From Aquificaceae bacterium (GTDB lineage Bacteria; Aquificota; Aquificia; Aquificales; Aquificaceae): a DNA stretch of 64,000 bases. The DNA is taken from contig JANWWH010000001.1 in the NCBI GenBank assembly GCA_025056375.1, positions 2,545 to 66,544 on the forward strand, given 5' to 3'. The position numbers were made by a program, and so were the translations under genes. Shown in pieces: positions 1 through 12,244 of the stretch; the stretch's first letter is position 1; the number at the start of each line of letters is the position of its first letter. The notes below the pieces were generated by a model. The model did no database searches. It was not told the DNA's origin and saw only the letters and a list, made by a program, of their open reading frames with translations.

Positions 1-2
1 TC

Positions 3-278
3 CTTAAGGAAGGTAGCCTTTGCGGTTATCAGTTTGTGGGTATTGAGAGGAGAAAAAGTCTTAACCCGAGGAACGCCTTCCTGAAAAATAAGACTATCAG
101 AAGCTGGTCTGAAAAGGTTCTTAGAGACCTTGGTCTCGGACTTGAATCCAGCGGTGTCCTGTTCCACCATTTCCTCAGGTTTAAGGAGAGGAAGTTAGAG
201 GAAGGCGTGCTGAAGGCGATAAAGGGAGGAATGCTAAGGTCTCTGGCAAACCCTACCTTCGAGATAGCTATTTTTTAG
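3..278 (+). CDS. 3' end of a hypothetical protein (runs off the window start)
   Basis: Frame is open from position 3 to TAG at 278 and converges on the GGDEF gene; no diagnostic motif. Confidence 0.45.
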   Translation, partial: LKEGSLCGYQFVGIERRKSLNPRNAFLKNKTIRSWSEKVLRDLGLGLESSGVLFHHFLRFKERKLEEGVLKAIKGGMLRSLANPTFEIAIF

Positions 279-1719
279 CCACATATACTTCAATTCGGTC
301 TCTTCCTGAGTTCTTTGCGGTGTAAAGGGCTTCGTCAGCCATCCTTATAAGTTCATCTACGCCCTTTACACTACCAGAAAAGGCAACGAGCCCACCGCTC
401 AGGGTCGCCCTTATTTCCTGCCCTTCGTAGACCAGAGGGCTGTCTTTAAGGCTCCTCCTTATTCTCTCCGCCACTGTCTTTGCCTGATGGAGGTCGGTGT
501 TAGGCATAAGGAGCGCAAACTCCTCACCACCGAGCCTGGCGGGTAAGTCTGAATGTCTTATTCCTTTCTTCAAGAGGTTCGCAAAGTTCCTAAGCACCAT
601 GTCCCCAGCTTCGTGACCGTAGGTGTCGTTTATCTTCTTAAAGGAGTCTATGTCCATAATGAGAAGGCTCATGGGTGTTCCATACCTTCGGGCATTTTCC
701 AAAAGAAGGCTTGCGTGGTCGAAGAAAAATCTCCTGTTGGGTAGTCCCGTAAGGGGGTCGTGGTAAGCCAGCTCTTCGAGCTCTTTCTGCTTTTTTTCCA
801 GTTCCATAAAGGCAGACCTGAGACTTACTGCCATGTTGCGTATGCTATTTTTAAGCTCTTGAACCTCGTCCTTCCAGTCACCTTCTTCTTTTTCGAGGAG
901 GTTCACCACAGAGAACTCTTTTTTCTCTATGCCTGCGGTCACATCTTTGAGGAATATTATCCTGCTCGCAAGTCGGGAAGAAATCCTAAGAAGAACAAAA
1001 GAGAGAAAGGAAACCATAAGAAGCGAATAGAGGGCAAGTGCCAGAAAAATCGTGTAGACTTCTCTGTATATGTCCGAAACATCTTTTACCAGAACCACCT
1101 TTCCTACGTGTAAACCCTCCCAATTTGTAAAGGGCAATTCCATGAGCAGATACTTGCTAAGTAAGCTTCCATGAAGGGCATAACCACTGACCCTAAGAGG
1201 CATTTTGAGAACCCTTTGGTTTGAAAACTGGTCTACCACAAGACTATCAATTACTATCTTCCCCCTCATAAACTCATCCACGGAAGTCTCCATAAGCTCA
1301 CCTATGTGGGCTCTTTCATAATACACCACCCAGTCCACACCCATAAGGTTGGTAGTAAACTTAAGAAGCTCTTCCAGGCTCACGCCCACAAAGTAACACC
1401 CTTCTGGATAGAGCTTGTTTATGCCGTAGTAGGGTCCCGTAGATAACACTCTGTAATGGGGTCTTTCCTTGCACACATCAACTGTCAGCTTTTTCTGATG
1501 GTAAATTCCATGTAGGGTGCCCTCTCTGGGCAGTAGGTGCAAGTTTTTCTCTTCTCTGTCAAGAATTTGTCTGTAGTTGTTGTAAATGAGACTGTAAGTT
1601 TCTCTTACCCTGCTTTCAAGAAGCTCAGAAGAGATGTAGTAAATTATAAGAAAAGAGAGTAGAAGGGTGATGAAGGCGGATGCAAGCAGGCTTAGGTATA
1701 TCCTCCTTCTTATTGACAT
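268..1719 (-). CDS. Membrane-bound diguanylate cyclase (TM-extracytoplasmic sensor-TM-HAMP-GGDEF)
   Basis: Two hydrophobic segments, HDPLTGLPNRR, intact ARLGGEEF, and RxxD I-site (RHSD) upstream of GGEEF. Confidence 0.92.
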   Translation of the reverse strand: MSIRRRIYLSLLASAFITLLLSFLIIYYISSELLESRVRETYSLIYNNYRQILDREEKNLHLLPREGTLHGIYHQKKLTVDVCKERPHYRVLSTGPYYGINKLYPEGCYFVGVSLEELLKFTTNLMGVDWVVYYERAHIGELMETSVDEFMRGKIVIDSLVVDQFSNQRVLKMPLRVSGYALHGSLLSKYLLMELPFTNWEGLHVGKVVLVKDVSDIYREVYTIFLALALYSLLMVSFLSFVLLRISSRLASRIIFLKDVTAGIEKKEFSVVNLLEKEEGDWKDEVQELKNSIRNMAVSLRSAFMELEKKQKELEELAYHDPLTGLPNRRFFFDHASLLLENARRYGTPMSLLIMDIDSFKKINDTYGHEAGDMVLRNFANLLKKGIRHSDLPARLGGEEFALLMPNTDLHQAKTVAERIRRSLKDSPLVYEGQEIRATLSGGLVAFSGSVKGVDELIRMADEALYTAKNSGRDRIEVYVAKK

Positions 1720-2672
1720 ACCCTTTCAATGAGCTCCTCGCAGAGTTTGAGAGCTCTTAGAGATGGCGTTTCGTCCGCTATACCCTTCCAAGCTATATCG
1801 TAGGCTACCCCGTGGTCAGGAGAGGTTCTGACAAAAGGTAGACCGAGGGTGAGGTTTACGCCTTCCTTGAAGGCAAGGAGTTTAAAGGGTATGAGAGCTT
1901 GGTCGTGATACATACAGAGATAGAGGTCATAGTTTATGCTCAAGAAGGCACTATCAGGAGACAAGGGTCCCTCAACCTTGTAACCTTCCACCCTCAAGGT
2001 CTCCACCGCAGGTGCTATCTCTCTCACATCTTCCTCACCTATGGCACCCCTGTCGCCTGCGTGAGGGTTGAGCCCCAGGATGCCCACGGTCGGTTCTACG
2101 CAGAAGAGTCTTTTAAACTCCTCACTTATAAACTTAACCCTTTTGACTATCTCTCCTGCCCTTATCCTCTCCGGGACCTCTCTAAGGGGTATGTGAGTAG
2201 TAAAGGGGACAACCTTTATGTCTTTAGAATACATGAGCATGGCATAGTCCTTCGCTCTGCAAGCCTGAGCCAGAAACTCAGTCTGACCCTCGTAGGAAAA
2301 GCCCGCAAGCCTTGCCCAGAACTTGTTTATGGGCATAGTGAGAAGTCCCTGAACCCGCCCGTAGACCGCATCCACCACAGCCCTTCCTAAATAGGCTACC
2401 GCCACCTTGCCAGAGGTCAGTGAGGGTATAGGTCTTTCCGTTTCGCAGATGTTTAGGTCCGCTACGTAGACCCCCGGCTCCTTTATCTCTTCGAGCCTTT
2501 GCACCTCCACCATCTCAAGATGAAGCCCCATCGCTTTTTGAACCGCTTCCAGTATCTTTCTTTCTCCATATAGGATGTAAGCTTTGGTAGGGTCAAAGTG
2601 CTTTGACAGGCGTAGGATTAACTCTGGTCCTACGCCCGCGGGGTCTCCTATAGTAATGCCTATCTTTATCAT
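1710..2672 (-). CDS. pdxA: 4-hydroxythreonine-4-phosphate dehydrogenase
   Basis: ITIGDPAGVGPE, GLNPHAG, MYHDQ, RTSPDHG motifs. Confidence 0.95.
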   Translation of the reverse strand: MIKIGITIGDPAGVGPELILRLSKHFDPTKAYILYGERKILEAVQKAMGLHLEMVEVQRLEEIKEPGVYVADLNICETERPIPSLTSGKVAVAYLGRAVVDAVYGRVQGLLTMPINKFWARLAGFSYEGQTEFLAQACRAKDYAMLMYSKDIKVVPFTTHIPLREVPERIRAGEIVKRVKFISEEFKRLFCVEPTVGILGLNPHAGDRGAIGEEDVREIAPAVETLRVEGYKVEGPLSPDSAFLSINYDLYLCMYHDQALIPFKLLAFKEGVNLTLGLPFVRTSPDHGVAYDIAWKGIADETPSLRALKLCEELIERVCQ

Positions 2673-2691
2673 GTAATATAGTATAGAAGGA

Positions 2692-3414
2692 ATGGATTAC
2701 AAAAAGTATGTATACAAACTGCCTCCGGAGGAGTTTTACCTACTTCTTGCGGAGCAAGAGAAGGGCGTGGAGGTCCTTTGGGAAGGTGAGTCCTTTGTGG
2801 AGTTTGCCCTCTACGAGCCCCTCGAAGGTCTTGAACCCCTCCAAGTTCTTAAAGTGGAAGTCTTGCCACCTGAAAGGGCTTTTAGACCAGTAAGAGTAAA
2901 AAACCTTATGGTGCTTCCTGAAGGGATTAAGCCAGTGGTGGTCAGGCAAGGTGTAGCCTTCGGCACAGGTCTTCACGCCACTACAAGACTGTGCCTTTCC
3001 TTGCTTCAGGATTTTATGGAGGAGGGTTGGTCCCTGCTTGATGTGGGGACTGGGACGGGCATTCTGGCTATGGCGGGCAAAAGGTTGGGGGCTGGAAGGG
3101 TGGTTGCAATAGACCCTGACCCTCAGGCAGTGGAAGAGTGTAGGCACAACAGCAGGGAGAATTGTCTGCAGGTGGAGTGCCTGCAAGCTAAGCCTGAGGA
3201 CATAAGTGAAAGCTTTGACCTCCTACTGGCAAACCTTGAACTGGAGATATTCAAAGAAGAGCTCCACCGCCTTGAGAGGCTCTTTAAAAAGGTAGCCATC
3301 TTTTCCGGCATCTATGGAAGGGGAGAACTTGAGCATTTTTTAAAACTTCTGGGTCGTAAGCCTGCTAAAATTAAGAGCTTAGAGGGTTGGTACGGTCTGG
3401 TGGTTAGTAAATGA
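2692..3414 (+). CDS. prmA: Ribosomal protein L11 methyltransferase
   Basis: AFGTGLHATT, LDVGTGTGIL, LLANL. Confidence 0.9.
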   Translation: MDYKKYVYKLPPEEFYLLLAEQEKGVEVLWEGESFVEFALYEPLEGLEPLQVLKVEVLPPERAFRPVRVKNLMVLPEGIKPVVVRQGVAFGTGLHATTRLCLSLLQDFMEEGWSLLDVGTGTGILAMAGKRLGAGRVVAIDPDPQAVEECRHNSRENCLQVECLQAKPEDISESFDLLLANLELEIFKEELHRLERLFKKVAIFSGIYGRGELEHFLKLLGRKPAKIKSLEGWYGLVVSK

Positions 3415-4733
3415 GATACCGCTACAGGATTGAGGAAAGGAAAGAGAAAAGGCTGCGTTTTGTTAAGCTCCTAAGAAGGTTAGCAATCCTTTCTCTTCTT
3501 TTTATCACCTTCTACACCCTTTTTCTATACATGGGTGGAAGGCCCCAACTCTCAGAGGAGAGCCTTAAATCCCTTTCCCTCATACCCCTTGAGAAGAGAT
3601 ACCTTCTCCAGCTAAACCGACCTGTAAAGGAGGTAAGGCTATATGCGGAGCAAGGAGGAAAAAGGAGAGAGATATACGGCGTTCGGCTTCCTGAGCCTTC
3701 AAAGGAGGTCTCCTTTACCCTGAAAGCGAAAGAGTTGGGCTTGAAAGAGGGAGAGGTAAATTTAACCTTGGAGCTCTCCTCAGGTTTCCTTCAGAAAAAA
3801 ACCTACTTTTTAAAGGCTCTCGTGGATACCCTTCCGCCAAGGTTCAGCCTTTTAGCTTATACCCCTACCCTATCGCCGGGTAGCACTTTTGCTATGAAAG
3901 TAAAAGTAGAGGAGGAGGCTCAGGTCCTTCTGGTGCATGGGGAGCATAGGTATGGTTTTTACCCCATAGGCGGTGGTTACCACTTTGGGCTTTTCCCCGT
4001 GAGGTTGGATTTAGTAGAAGCTCAGAGCTTCAGGGTGGAAGTTAGGGATAGGGCGGGCAACTTCTCTTTTCAAAACCTACCTCTTAGACTAAAGGAGGTC
4101 AAGTTCAAAGAGGACCGCATAAACATAGATGAGAATTTCATAAACAGGGTCATCTACCCCCTTCTGGGCGAGGAGGGAAAAGGGCTTGCACCCCTTGAAG
4201 CCTTCAGGAGGGTGAACGAGCTCTGGCGCGCAAGAGACGCCAAGAAGCTGGAGGAGATAGGTAGAAGGAGCGAGCCCAGAGTTCTCTGGGAAGGAGCCTT
4301 CCTCCAGCTACCCAACAGTAAAGTGTTTGCAAACTACGGCGATCTGAGGCACTACCTTTACCAAGGTCAGAAGGTAAGTGAGAGCAGGCATATGGGCTTT
4401 GACTTTGCATCTTTGGAAAGGGCGCCTGTGCCAGCCAGCAACTCAGGCGTAGTGGTCTATACAGGATGGCTGGGCATATATGGCAATACGGTTATACTGG
4501 ACCACGGTATGGGTCTGATGAGCCTTTACGGACACCTTTCGGAGGTAGGTGTGAAGGAAGGTCAGTTTGTGAAGAAGGGGGAGATAATTGGCAGGACTGG
4601 GGCTACGGGGCTTGCCCTTGGAGACCACCTGCACTTTGGTCTTTTGGTTCAGGGTTACGAGGTCAACCCTCTCCATTGGTTGGACCAAAAGTGGGTAAAA
4701 AGTCACATAATCTCCGTGCTTGAAGCCCGATGA
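3411..4733 (+). CDS. Membrane-anchored M23 family peptidase
   Basis: N-terminal TM; HMGFD, YGN, YGHL, HLHF zinc motifs. Confidence 0.9.
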   Translation: MRYRYRIEERKEKRLRFVKLLRRLAILSLLFITFYTLFLYMGGRPQLSEESLKSLSLIPLEKRYLLQLNRPVKEVRLYAEQGGKRREIYGVRLPEPSKEVSFTLKAKELGLKEGEVNLTLELSSGFLQKKTYFLKALVDTLPPRFSLLAYTPTLSPGSTFAMKVKVEEEAQVLLVHGEHRYGFYPIGGGYHFGLFPVRLDLVEAQSFRVEVRDRAGNFSFQNLPLRLKEVKFKEDRINIDENFINRVIYPLLGEEGKGLAPLEAFRRVNELWRARDAKKLEEIGRRSEPRVLWEGAFLQLPNSKVFANYGDLRHYLYQGQKVSESRHMGFDFASLERAPVPASNSGVVVYTGWLGIYGNTVILDHGMGLMSLYGHLSEVGVKEGQFVKKGEIIGRTGATGLALGDHLHFGLLVQGYEVNPLHWLDQKWVKSHIISVLEAR

Positions 4734-5389
4734 AAAGGCTGAGGTATTCTCTGTCCGTCTTTCTGGCACCCTTTGTTGCCTTCCTCCTGAGGATACTTCA
4801 GAAGACCATAAGGTGGGAGAAAAGGGTTGATTACGAACTCTACAGGGGGAAGATAATAGCCTTGCTTCACGGTAACGCCTTTGGCGCCGCTATGCTGGGC
4901 ATAGACAGGGGCATATACGCTCTGGTAAGCAGGTTCAGAGATGGAGACATTGCGGAGAGGTTTCTGCATAGCTTAGGCTACAAGGTTGTGAGGGGTTCCA
5001 GCGAGGAGGGAAAGCCTCAGAAAGGTGGCAGTGTGGGTCTTTTAAAGCTCACAAGGCTTATAAGGGAAGGAGAAACGGTGGTCATAACTGTGGACGGACC
5101 AAAGGGCCCCTACGGAAAAGTTAAGAGCGGAGCCCTCTTTTTGGCTCAGAAAACGGGCGTGCCCGTAGTCCCCCTCTATGTGGACTTTGACTGGTGCGTG
5201 AGGTTCAACACCTGGGACAAGTTTACCATACCCTTGCCTTTTTCTAGGGCAAGGGTCAGGATAGGTAGCCCCATATGGGTTCTTCCGGAGGAGGACCTGG
5301 AGGTCAAGAAGGGGGAGTTGGAAGAGGTTCTTTCCCTTCTTTCTTCGGGAAAAGCCTCCGAGAGAGTTGGGGTGCTGCAACAAAACTAA
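4730..5389 (+). CDS. DUF374 / lysophospholipid acyltransferase family protein
   Basis: VSRFRDGD, VRGSS, ITVDGPKGP, LAQKTGVP. Confidence 0.85.
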   Translation: MKRLRYSLSVFLAPFVAFLLRILQKTIRWEKRVDYELYRGKIIALLHGNAFGAAMLGIDRGIYALVSRFRDGDIAERFLHSLGYKVVRGSSEEGKPQKGGSVGLLKLTRLIREGETVVITVDGPKGPYGKVKSGALFLAQKTGVPVVPLYVDFDWCVRFNTWDKFTIPLPFSRARVRIGSPIWVLPEEDLEVKKGELEEVLSLLSSGKASERVGVLQQN

Positions 5390-6473
5390 GACTACCTATG
5401 AGGGCGGTAAAAAGCACCAGCAAAAAGGTTAGAGATTGGGCGGGCTCGTAAAAGCTGGCAAATATGATGGAAAACTCACCCCTTTGGAGAAAGGAAAGAG
5501 AAGCCCTCATGGCAACCCTTTTGCTAAACCCATAGAGGATAGAACCCCAGTAGGTAGAAAGGAACTTGAAAAATAGAGAGGAAAACAGAAGAAGGAGCAA
5601 AAGCCAGAAGTCAAGGTTTAGGCTCAGCTTGGAGTGAAAGGTGAACATGAAGAAGAAAACACCCACAGAAAGGTCTTTCAGCTCCGAGAGAGACTTTTCT
5701 ATAGTTTCGAAAATCCTGCTCTTTTCTGGCACTAGAACGCCCAGCATGAAGGCTACGAGAGCGTCTGACAGACCAAGCTCAAGACTTATACCAGAGGAAA
5801 AAAGAAGAAAGCCCAGCACCAGAAAGGGGATGAGCGACTCCTCCACCCCTCTGTCTAGGTAGGTGAAAAACCTCTGAGAGGGTCCCCTGAGTAGGTAAAA
5901 AAGAGAGAAGAGGAGAACTATCGCCAGGAGACCTCTAAGAAAACCCAAAGGGTCAGGACCACCCCCAAGGGTGAACCCCGCCAGCAGGGAAAGAAGGATT
6001 ATGCTTACCAGGTCCTCAAAGATGAGGATGCCTATGAGGAGCTCTGCCTCCGGATTTACGAGCCTTTTGTAGTCCATGAGGAGCTTGGCGGTTATGGCAG
6101 TGCTACTTGGGTATAGCGCAGCACCCAAAAGGAGTGAGAGGGTAAAATCCTTAGTAAAGAGGTAGGAAAGACCAAAGGCGGGAAAGAAGTTAAGAAGAAG
6201 GTCCAGAAAGCCGGGCTTTAGAACCTTCCTCATGCTTGCGAGCCTTTCAAAAGAATACTCAAGACCTATAAAGAAAAAAAGGAGCACTACTGCGGAATGC
6301 TCAAATATCAGAAGAACCTCACCCACCCTCTGTGGTAGGAAGGACTTGCTTAGAAGTCCCGCGAGCATAAAGGACAGTATGTAGGGCACCCTGAGCCTCG
6401 AAAGAAGAAAGGCGGAGAGGAAGAGGAGCAGGAAAACACCACCCGCCAATATAAATTCCTGTGAGGCGTGCAT
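5304..6473 (-). CDS. Cation:proton antiporter, CPA2 family (KhtU-like)
   Basis: Multiple TM helices, FFIGLE, SSTAI, LIFEDL, RGEFS; adjacent to KhtT-like subunit. Confidence 0.88.
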   Translation of the reverse strand: MHASQEFILAGGVFLLLFLSAFLLSRLRVPYILSFMLAGLLSKSFLPQRVGEVLLIFEHSAVVLLFFFIGLEYSFERLASMRKVLKPGFLDLLLNFFPAFGLSYLFTKDFTLSLLLGAALYPSSTAITAKLLMDYKRLVNPEAELLIGILIFEDLVSIILLSLLAGFTLGGGPDPLGFLRGLLAIVLLFSLFYLLRGPSQRFFTYLDRGVEESLIPFLVLGFLLFSSGISLELGLSDALVAFMLGVLVPEKSRIFETIEKSLSELKDLSVGVFFFMFTFHSKLSLNLDFWLLLLLLFSSLFFKFLSTYWGSILYGFSKRVAMRASLSFLQRGEFSIIFASFYEPAQSLTFLLVLFTALIGSLSFVAAPQLSRRLFPKKEGKEPLPTPPS

Positions 6474-6474
6474 A

Positions 6475-6960
6475 TCAGGTGCTACACCTTCCGCAAAGTT
6501 CCAAGAAGTGGCCTATCTGTTGCCGTGTCCCCACCACTATGAGCGTATCCCCTAGCTCTATCTTTTCCTTGTATGGGTCTGGGCTGGGTATTATCTTACC
6601 CTTTCTGTCTATGGCTATGACGGATACGCCGGTCCTCCTCCTTATCTGGAGCTCCGCTATGGTTTTGTTTATGAAGTTAGAGCCTATGTCCACCTTAACC
6701 CATTCCATGACCACTTCTCTAAGTATGAGCTCCATCTTCTCCGACTTTACAGGTTGATAGAGTGCTCCTGCCAGCAGAAAACCCAGTTCCTTTGCCTCTT
6801 CCTCCGTAAGGTCAAAGACGCAAGCGCTTTCCTCCTCTTCCATGAGGTATAACTCTCTCCTGCCTGTGTTGTAGATGACAAGCACCAGCTCCCGCCCTTC
6901 CTTGAGCCTCATGGAATACTTCTTGCCTATACCCGGAAGGTCTGTTTCCCTTATCTCCAT
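6475..6960 (-). CDS. K+/H+ antiporter regulatory subunit with TrkA-C domain (KhtT-like)
   Basis: IRETDLPGIGKKY N-terminus; C-terminal RCK-C (TGVSVIAIDR, GDTLIVVG). Confidence 0.88.
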   Translation of the reverse strand: MEIRETDLPGIGKKYSMRLKEGRELVLVIYNTGRRELYLMEEEESACVFDLTEEEAKELGFLLAGALYQPVKSEKMELILREVVMEWVKVDIGSNFINKTIAELQIRRRTGVSVIAIDRKGKIIPSPDPYKEKIELGDTLIVVGTRQQIGHFLELCGRCST

Positions 6961-6969
6961 GGGCTTATT

Positions 6970-7353
6970 TTAACGGTTTTTCAAAACCTTGAAAAGGTCT
7001 TTCCTCTCCGCCAACACTATGGACTTTATGCTTTCGTCCCTCTGGTAAGCCTCGGATATCTCCTTCTGTATAAACTCCACCAACTTCTGAAACTGTGCCT
7101 CCAGCTCTTCCATATGTTCCTTCATGCGGAGTATGATGTCTATGCCCGCAAGGTTTACACCCAAGTCTCTGCTGAGGGTTAGTATGAACTCCAACCTCTC
7201 TATGTCTTCCTCCGTGTAGTATCTCGTCCTACCTCTGCTTCTTGTGGGTTTTATGAGACCTTCCTTCTCGTAGAGCCTCAAGGTTTGAGGATGTATGTTG
7301 AACATGCTTGCTACCACGCCTATGGTGAAGAGTTTGGTCTTTTCTCTCTTCAT
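6970..7353 (-). CDS. hspR: MerR-family heat-shock repressor HspR
   Basis: [31 protein letters not shown]; directly downstream of dnaJ. Confidence 0.85.
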   Translation of the reverse strand: MKREKTKLFTIGVVASMFNIHPQTLRLYEKEGLIKPTRSRGRTRYYTEEDIERLEFILTLSRDLGVNLAGIDIILRMKEHMEELEAQFQKLVEFIQKEISEAYQRDESIKSIVLAERKDLFKVLKNR

Positions 7354-8492
7354 AGGTGTCTCTCCCTCACGCGCTGCGGCTCAGGAAGGAGCTTGTCAAG
7401 CTCTTCAAGCAACTGCTTTATCCTTTTTCCCTCGCCGAAAATTTTGTCCATAAAGCCCAGCTTTGGCACCTCTATGTGAACCCTCACAAAAAGGTCTCCT
7501 CTTTCCTCAGACCTCAGCTTTGGCATACCCTGACCTTCCAATCTTACAGTATCACCCTCTCTTAGACCTGGGGGTATTTTCACCTTGAACCTCTCGCCCT
7601 CAAGGGTAGGCACCTCCAACTCCGTGCCAAGAACCGCCTCGGTGAGCTTCAGGTTCACATCCACGTAGAGGTTGTTGCCCCTCCTCTCAAATACCGCATG
7701 AGGCTTAACCTTTAGAGTTATTATGAGGTCACCGTAGGGACCCCCAAAGGCACCCGCATGACCTTTACCCTCTGCCATGATTCTGGTGCCCGTATCCACA
7801 CCCCTTGGCACCTTCACCTTTACCTCTTCCCTCTGGCTAACCCGTCCCCTACCACCGCACCTTTGACAGGGCTCTCTTATAAAACCCTCTCCTCCACAGG
7901 TAGGGCATGTCTGAGCTATGGTCATAAAAAACTGCCTCTGAACTACCTCGCCCCTTCCACCACAGGTAGGACACACCCTCTCCCCTTTGGTGACATCGTA
8001 ACCCTTACCATTGCAGGTATCACAGACCACATCTCTAACCACAGGAATTGTCACCACAGTGCCCCTGTAGGCTTCTTCAAGACTCAGCTCCACCGTATGG
8101 TGTATGTCTTCTCCTTTGATAGGTCTTCTCTCCCTTCTTCTCCCTCTGGTTGCCCTTTCAAAGATGTCCTCAAAACCAAAGCCCCTGAAAATTTCCTCAA
8201 AGAGGTCTCCCACATTTTGATAAATGACCTCCTGATAAGCACCACCCCCAGGAGCCTGAGCGGTAAAGGCGGAGTGCCCATACTGGTCGTAAAGCCTTCT
8301 CTTCTCAGGGTCTGATAGCACCTGATAGGCTTCGTTTATCTCCTTGAACTTTTCCTGAGCGTCCGGCTCCTTGTTGAAGTCAGGGTGATATTTTCTTGCA
8401 AGCTTTCGGTATGCCTTCTTTATTTCTTCCTGTGTGGCGTTCTTTGAAACGCCCAGCACCTCGTAATAGTCCCTTTTTGCTGATTGAGCCAT
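7350..8492 (-). CDS. dnaJ: Chaperone DnaJ
   Basis: J domain with HPD, four CxxCxGxG repeats, C-terminal domain. Confidence 0.97.
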   Translation of the reverse strand: MAQSAKRDYYEVLGVSKNATQEEIKKAYRKLARKYHPDFNKEPDAQEKFKEINEAYQVLSDPEKRRLYDQYGHSAFTAQAPGGGAYQEVIYQNVGDLFEEIFRGFGFEDIFERATRGRRRERRPIKGEDIHHTVELSLEEAYRGTVVTIPVVRDVVCDTCNGKGYDVTKGERVCPTCGGRGEVVQRQFFMTIAQTCPTCGGEGFIREPCQRCGGRGRVSQREEVKVKVPRGVDTGTRIMAEGKGHAGAFGGPYGDLIITLKVKPHAVFERRGNNLYVDVNLKLTEAVLGTELEVPTLEGERFKVKIPPGLREGDTVRLEGQGMPKLRSEERGDLFVRVHIEVPKLGFMDKIFGEGKRIKQLLEELDKLLPEPQRVRERHL

Positions 8493-8578
8493 GTTAAAAG
8501 ATTTTAGTCAAGTTTTGTCAAATTTCAAGGGTTATCTTACCCACACACGAAGCCTCAAAGTTAGTGTAAAATATCCCT

Positions 8579-8998
8579 ATGAAGGAACTTCACCATCCTC
8601 ATAGCGATGATGCCCTTGAGGTGTTAAAGTCCGCAAAGGTTATAGCGGTGGTTGGCATCTCACCAGACCCAGAAAGACCCTCTTACTACGTAAGCGAGCG
8701 CGTGCTCTCAAAAGGCATGCACAGGGTTTACTTTATCAACCCCAAATATGCGGGTCAGGATATTCTGGGGGTAAAGGTGCTTTCCTCTCTGTCAGAAGTG
8801 CCCGAGCCCGTAGACATAGTGAATGTTTTCCGAAACCCAGCTCATGTAGAACCTATCTTTGAAGAGGCTCTTCAAAAGGGTGTGAGCTGTGTGTGGCTAC
8901 AGCCGGGCTCTGAGAACCCCGAGGTCATACAGAAGTATAAGGATAGGGTTAGAGTGGTCTGGAACGCCTGCATAGGGGTGGAGGCAGGATACCTCTAA
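8579..8998 (+). CDS. CoA-binding protein (YccU-like)
   Basis: IAVVGISPDPERPS, VDIVNVFR, VWLQPG. Confidence 0.88.
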   Translation: MKELHHPHSDDALEVLKSAKVIAVVGISPDPERPSYYVSERVLSKGMHRVYFINPKYAGQDILGVKVLSSLSEVPEPVDIVNVFRNPAHVEPIFEEALQKGVSCVWLQPGSENPEVIQKYKDRVRVVWNACIGVEAGYL

Positions 8999-10056
8999 AA
9001 GACCACGAGCCTGTCTGCGTGAACTACTTCTTCCGTGCTCGCCTTTAGAAGTCTTTTTACCTCTTCTCCCTGCCTGCCCATCACCTTCCTAACCTCCCGA
9101 GAGCTGAAGTTTACCCTACCCTTGCCCACAAGAAAACCTCTCTGGTCGTAAAGAACTACCGCATCGCCTTTCTGAAAGACGCCTTCCACACCCCTTATGC
9201 CCGCAGGCAGGAGGCTCTTACCCTGTTTTAGGGCTCTGTAGGCTCCCTCATCAACATAGATAGCACCCTTTGGCTCTTCCAGCAGGGCAAGGACCCTTTT
9301 GCCCTCCCTTAGAGGTCTCTTGGAGGGTTTAAAGTAAGTGCCCCGGGTGTTACCGCTTATGACGCCAAGCAGGTTGTCTTCCTTGCCTGTGATAACCACG
9401 GGTATGCCCAGCCTCACTGCCATGCGGGTGCAGGTTATCTTGCTGAACATGCCGCCAGTGCCAAACTCAGAGTTGACGCCCCTTACCAAAGGCAAAACCT
9501 TTTCCACATCTTCCACCACCTGCACCACCCTGCCCTCACCGTCCAGAAGACCCCCTGCGGTGGAGAATATGACCATCAGGTTTGCACCCATCATGTAGGC
9601 GGTATAAAGAGCTAAAAAGTCGTTGTCTCCAAAGAGGAGCTCTGATATGGCTACCGTGTCGTTCTCGTTTATGACGGGCACCACATCCAAAGAGAGCATA
9701 CTTTCCAGAGCGTTCTTTGCGTTTTGAAACCTCTCCCTGTCTCTGAATAGGTCTGCGGTGAGAAGTGCCTGACCCACCCTCAACCCATAGTTGGAAAAGA
9801 CCATGTCATAAAGATGCATCAGATATGCTTGCCCCACACCCGCCACCGCCTGCCTAAGGCTTATCTCCCGAGGTCTTTCCTTTAGCCCCAGCTTTTTCAC
9901 GCCACACAGCACCGCGCCGGAGGAGACTATGAGCACCCTCACACCCTTCGCCTTTAACTCTTTAATCTCCTCCGCAAGCCTTGAAAGAAAGGCTAAGTCA
10001 ATGTCTCCCTCCTTCGTCTGTATGAGGTTGGAGCCTAACTTTACCAGAAGTAGCAT
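8995..10056 (-). CDS. proB: Glutamate 5-kinase with PUA domain
   Basis: VKLGS, VSSGAV, INENDTV, FGDND, GTGGM, GKSLLPAGI. Confidence 0.96.
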   Translation of the reverse strand: MLLLVKLGSNLIQTKEGDIDLAFLSRLAEEIKELKAKGVRVLIVSSGAVLCGVKKLGLKERPREISLRQAVAGVGQAYLMHLYDMVFSNYGLRVGQALLTADLFRDRERFQNAKNALESMLSLDVVPVINENDTVAISELLFGDNDFLALYTAYMMGANLMVIFSTAGGLLDGEGRVVQVVEDVEKVLPLVRGVNSEFGTGGMFSKITCTRMAVRLGIPVVITGKEDNLLGVISGNTRGTYFKPSKRPLREGKRVLALLEEPKGAIYVDEGAYRALKQGKSLLPAGIRGVEGVFQKGDAVVLYDQRGFLVGKGRVNFSSREVRKVMGRQGEEVKRLLKASTEEVVHADRLVVF

Positions 10057-10072
10057 AAGGCTTATATTTTAA

Positions 10073-12207
<2,135 letters not shown>

Positions 12208-12244
12208 GAGAATATAATATAGGGCTGGGTGGGCTTGGAGTTAT

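Noticed and set aside
7758-8315. Long opposite-strand ORFs (e.g. 7758-8315, 1899-2390, 39533-40168, 56258-56662, 9338-9598)
   Set aside because: They are shadow frames fully antisense to well-supported genes, with no SD, no motifs and low-complexity composition typical of reverse-complement codon bias.
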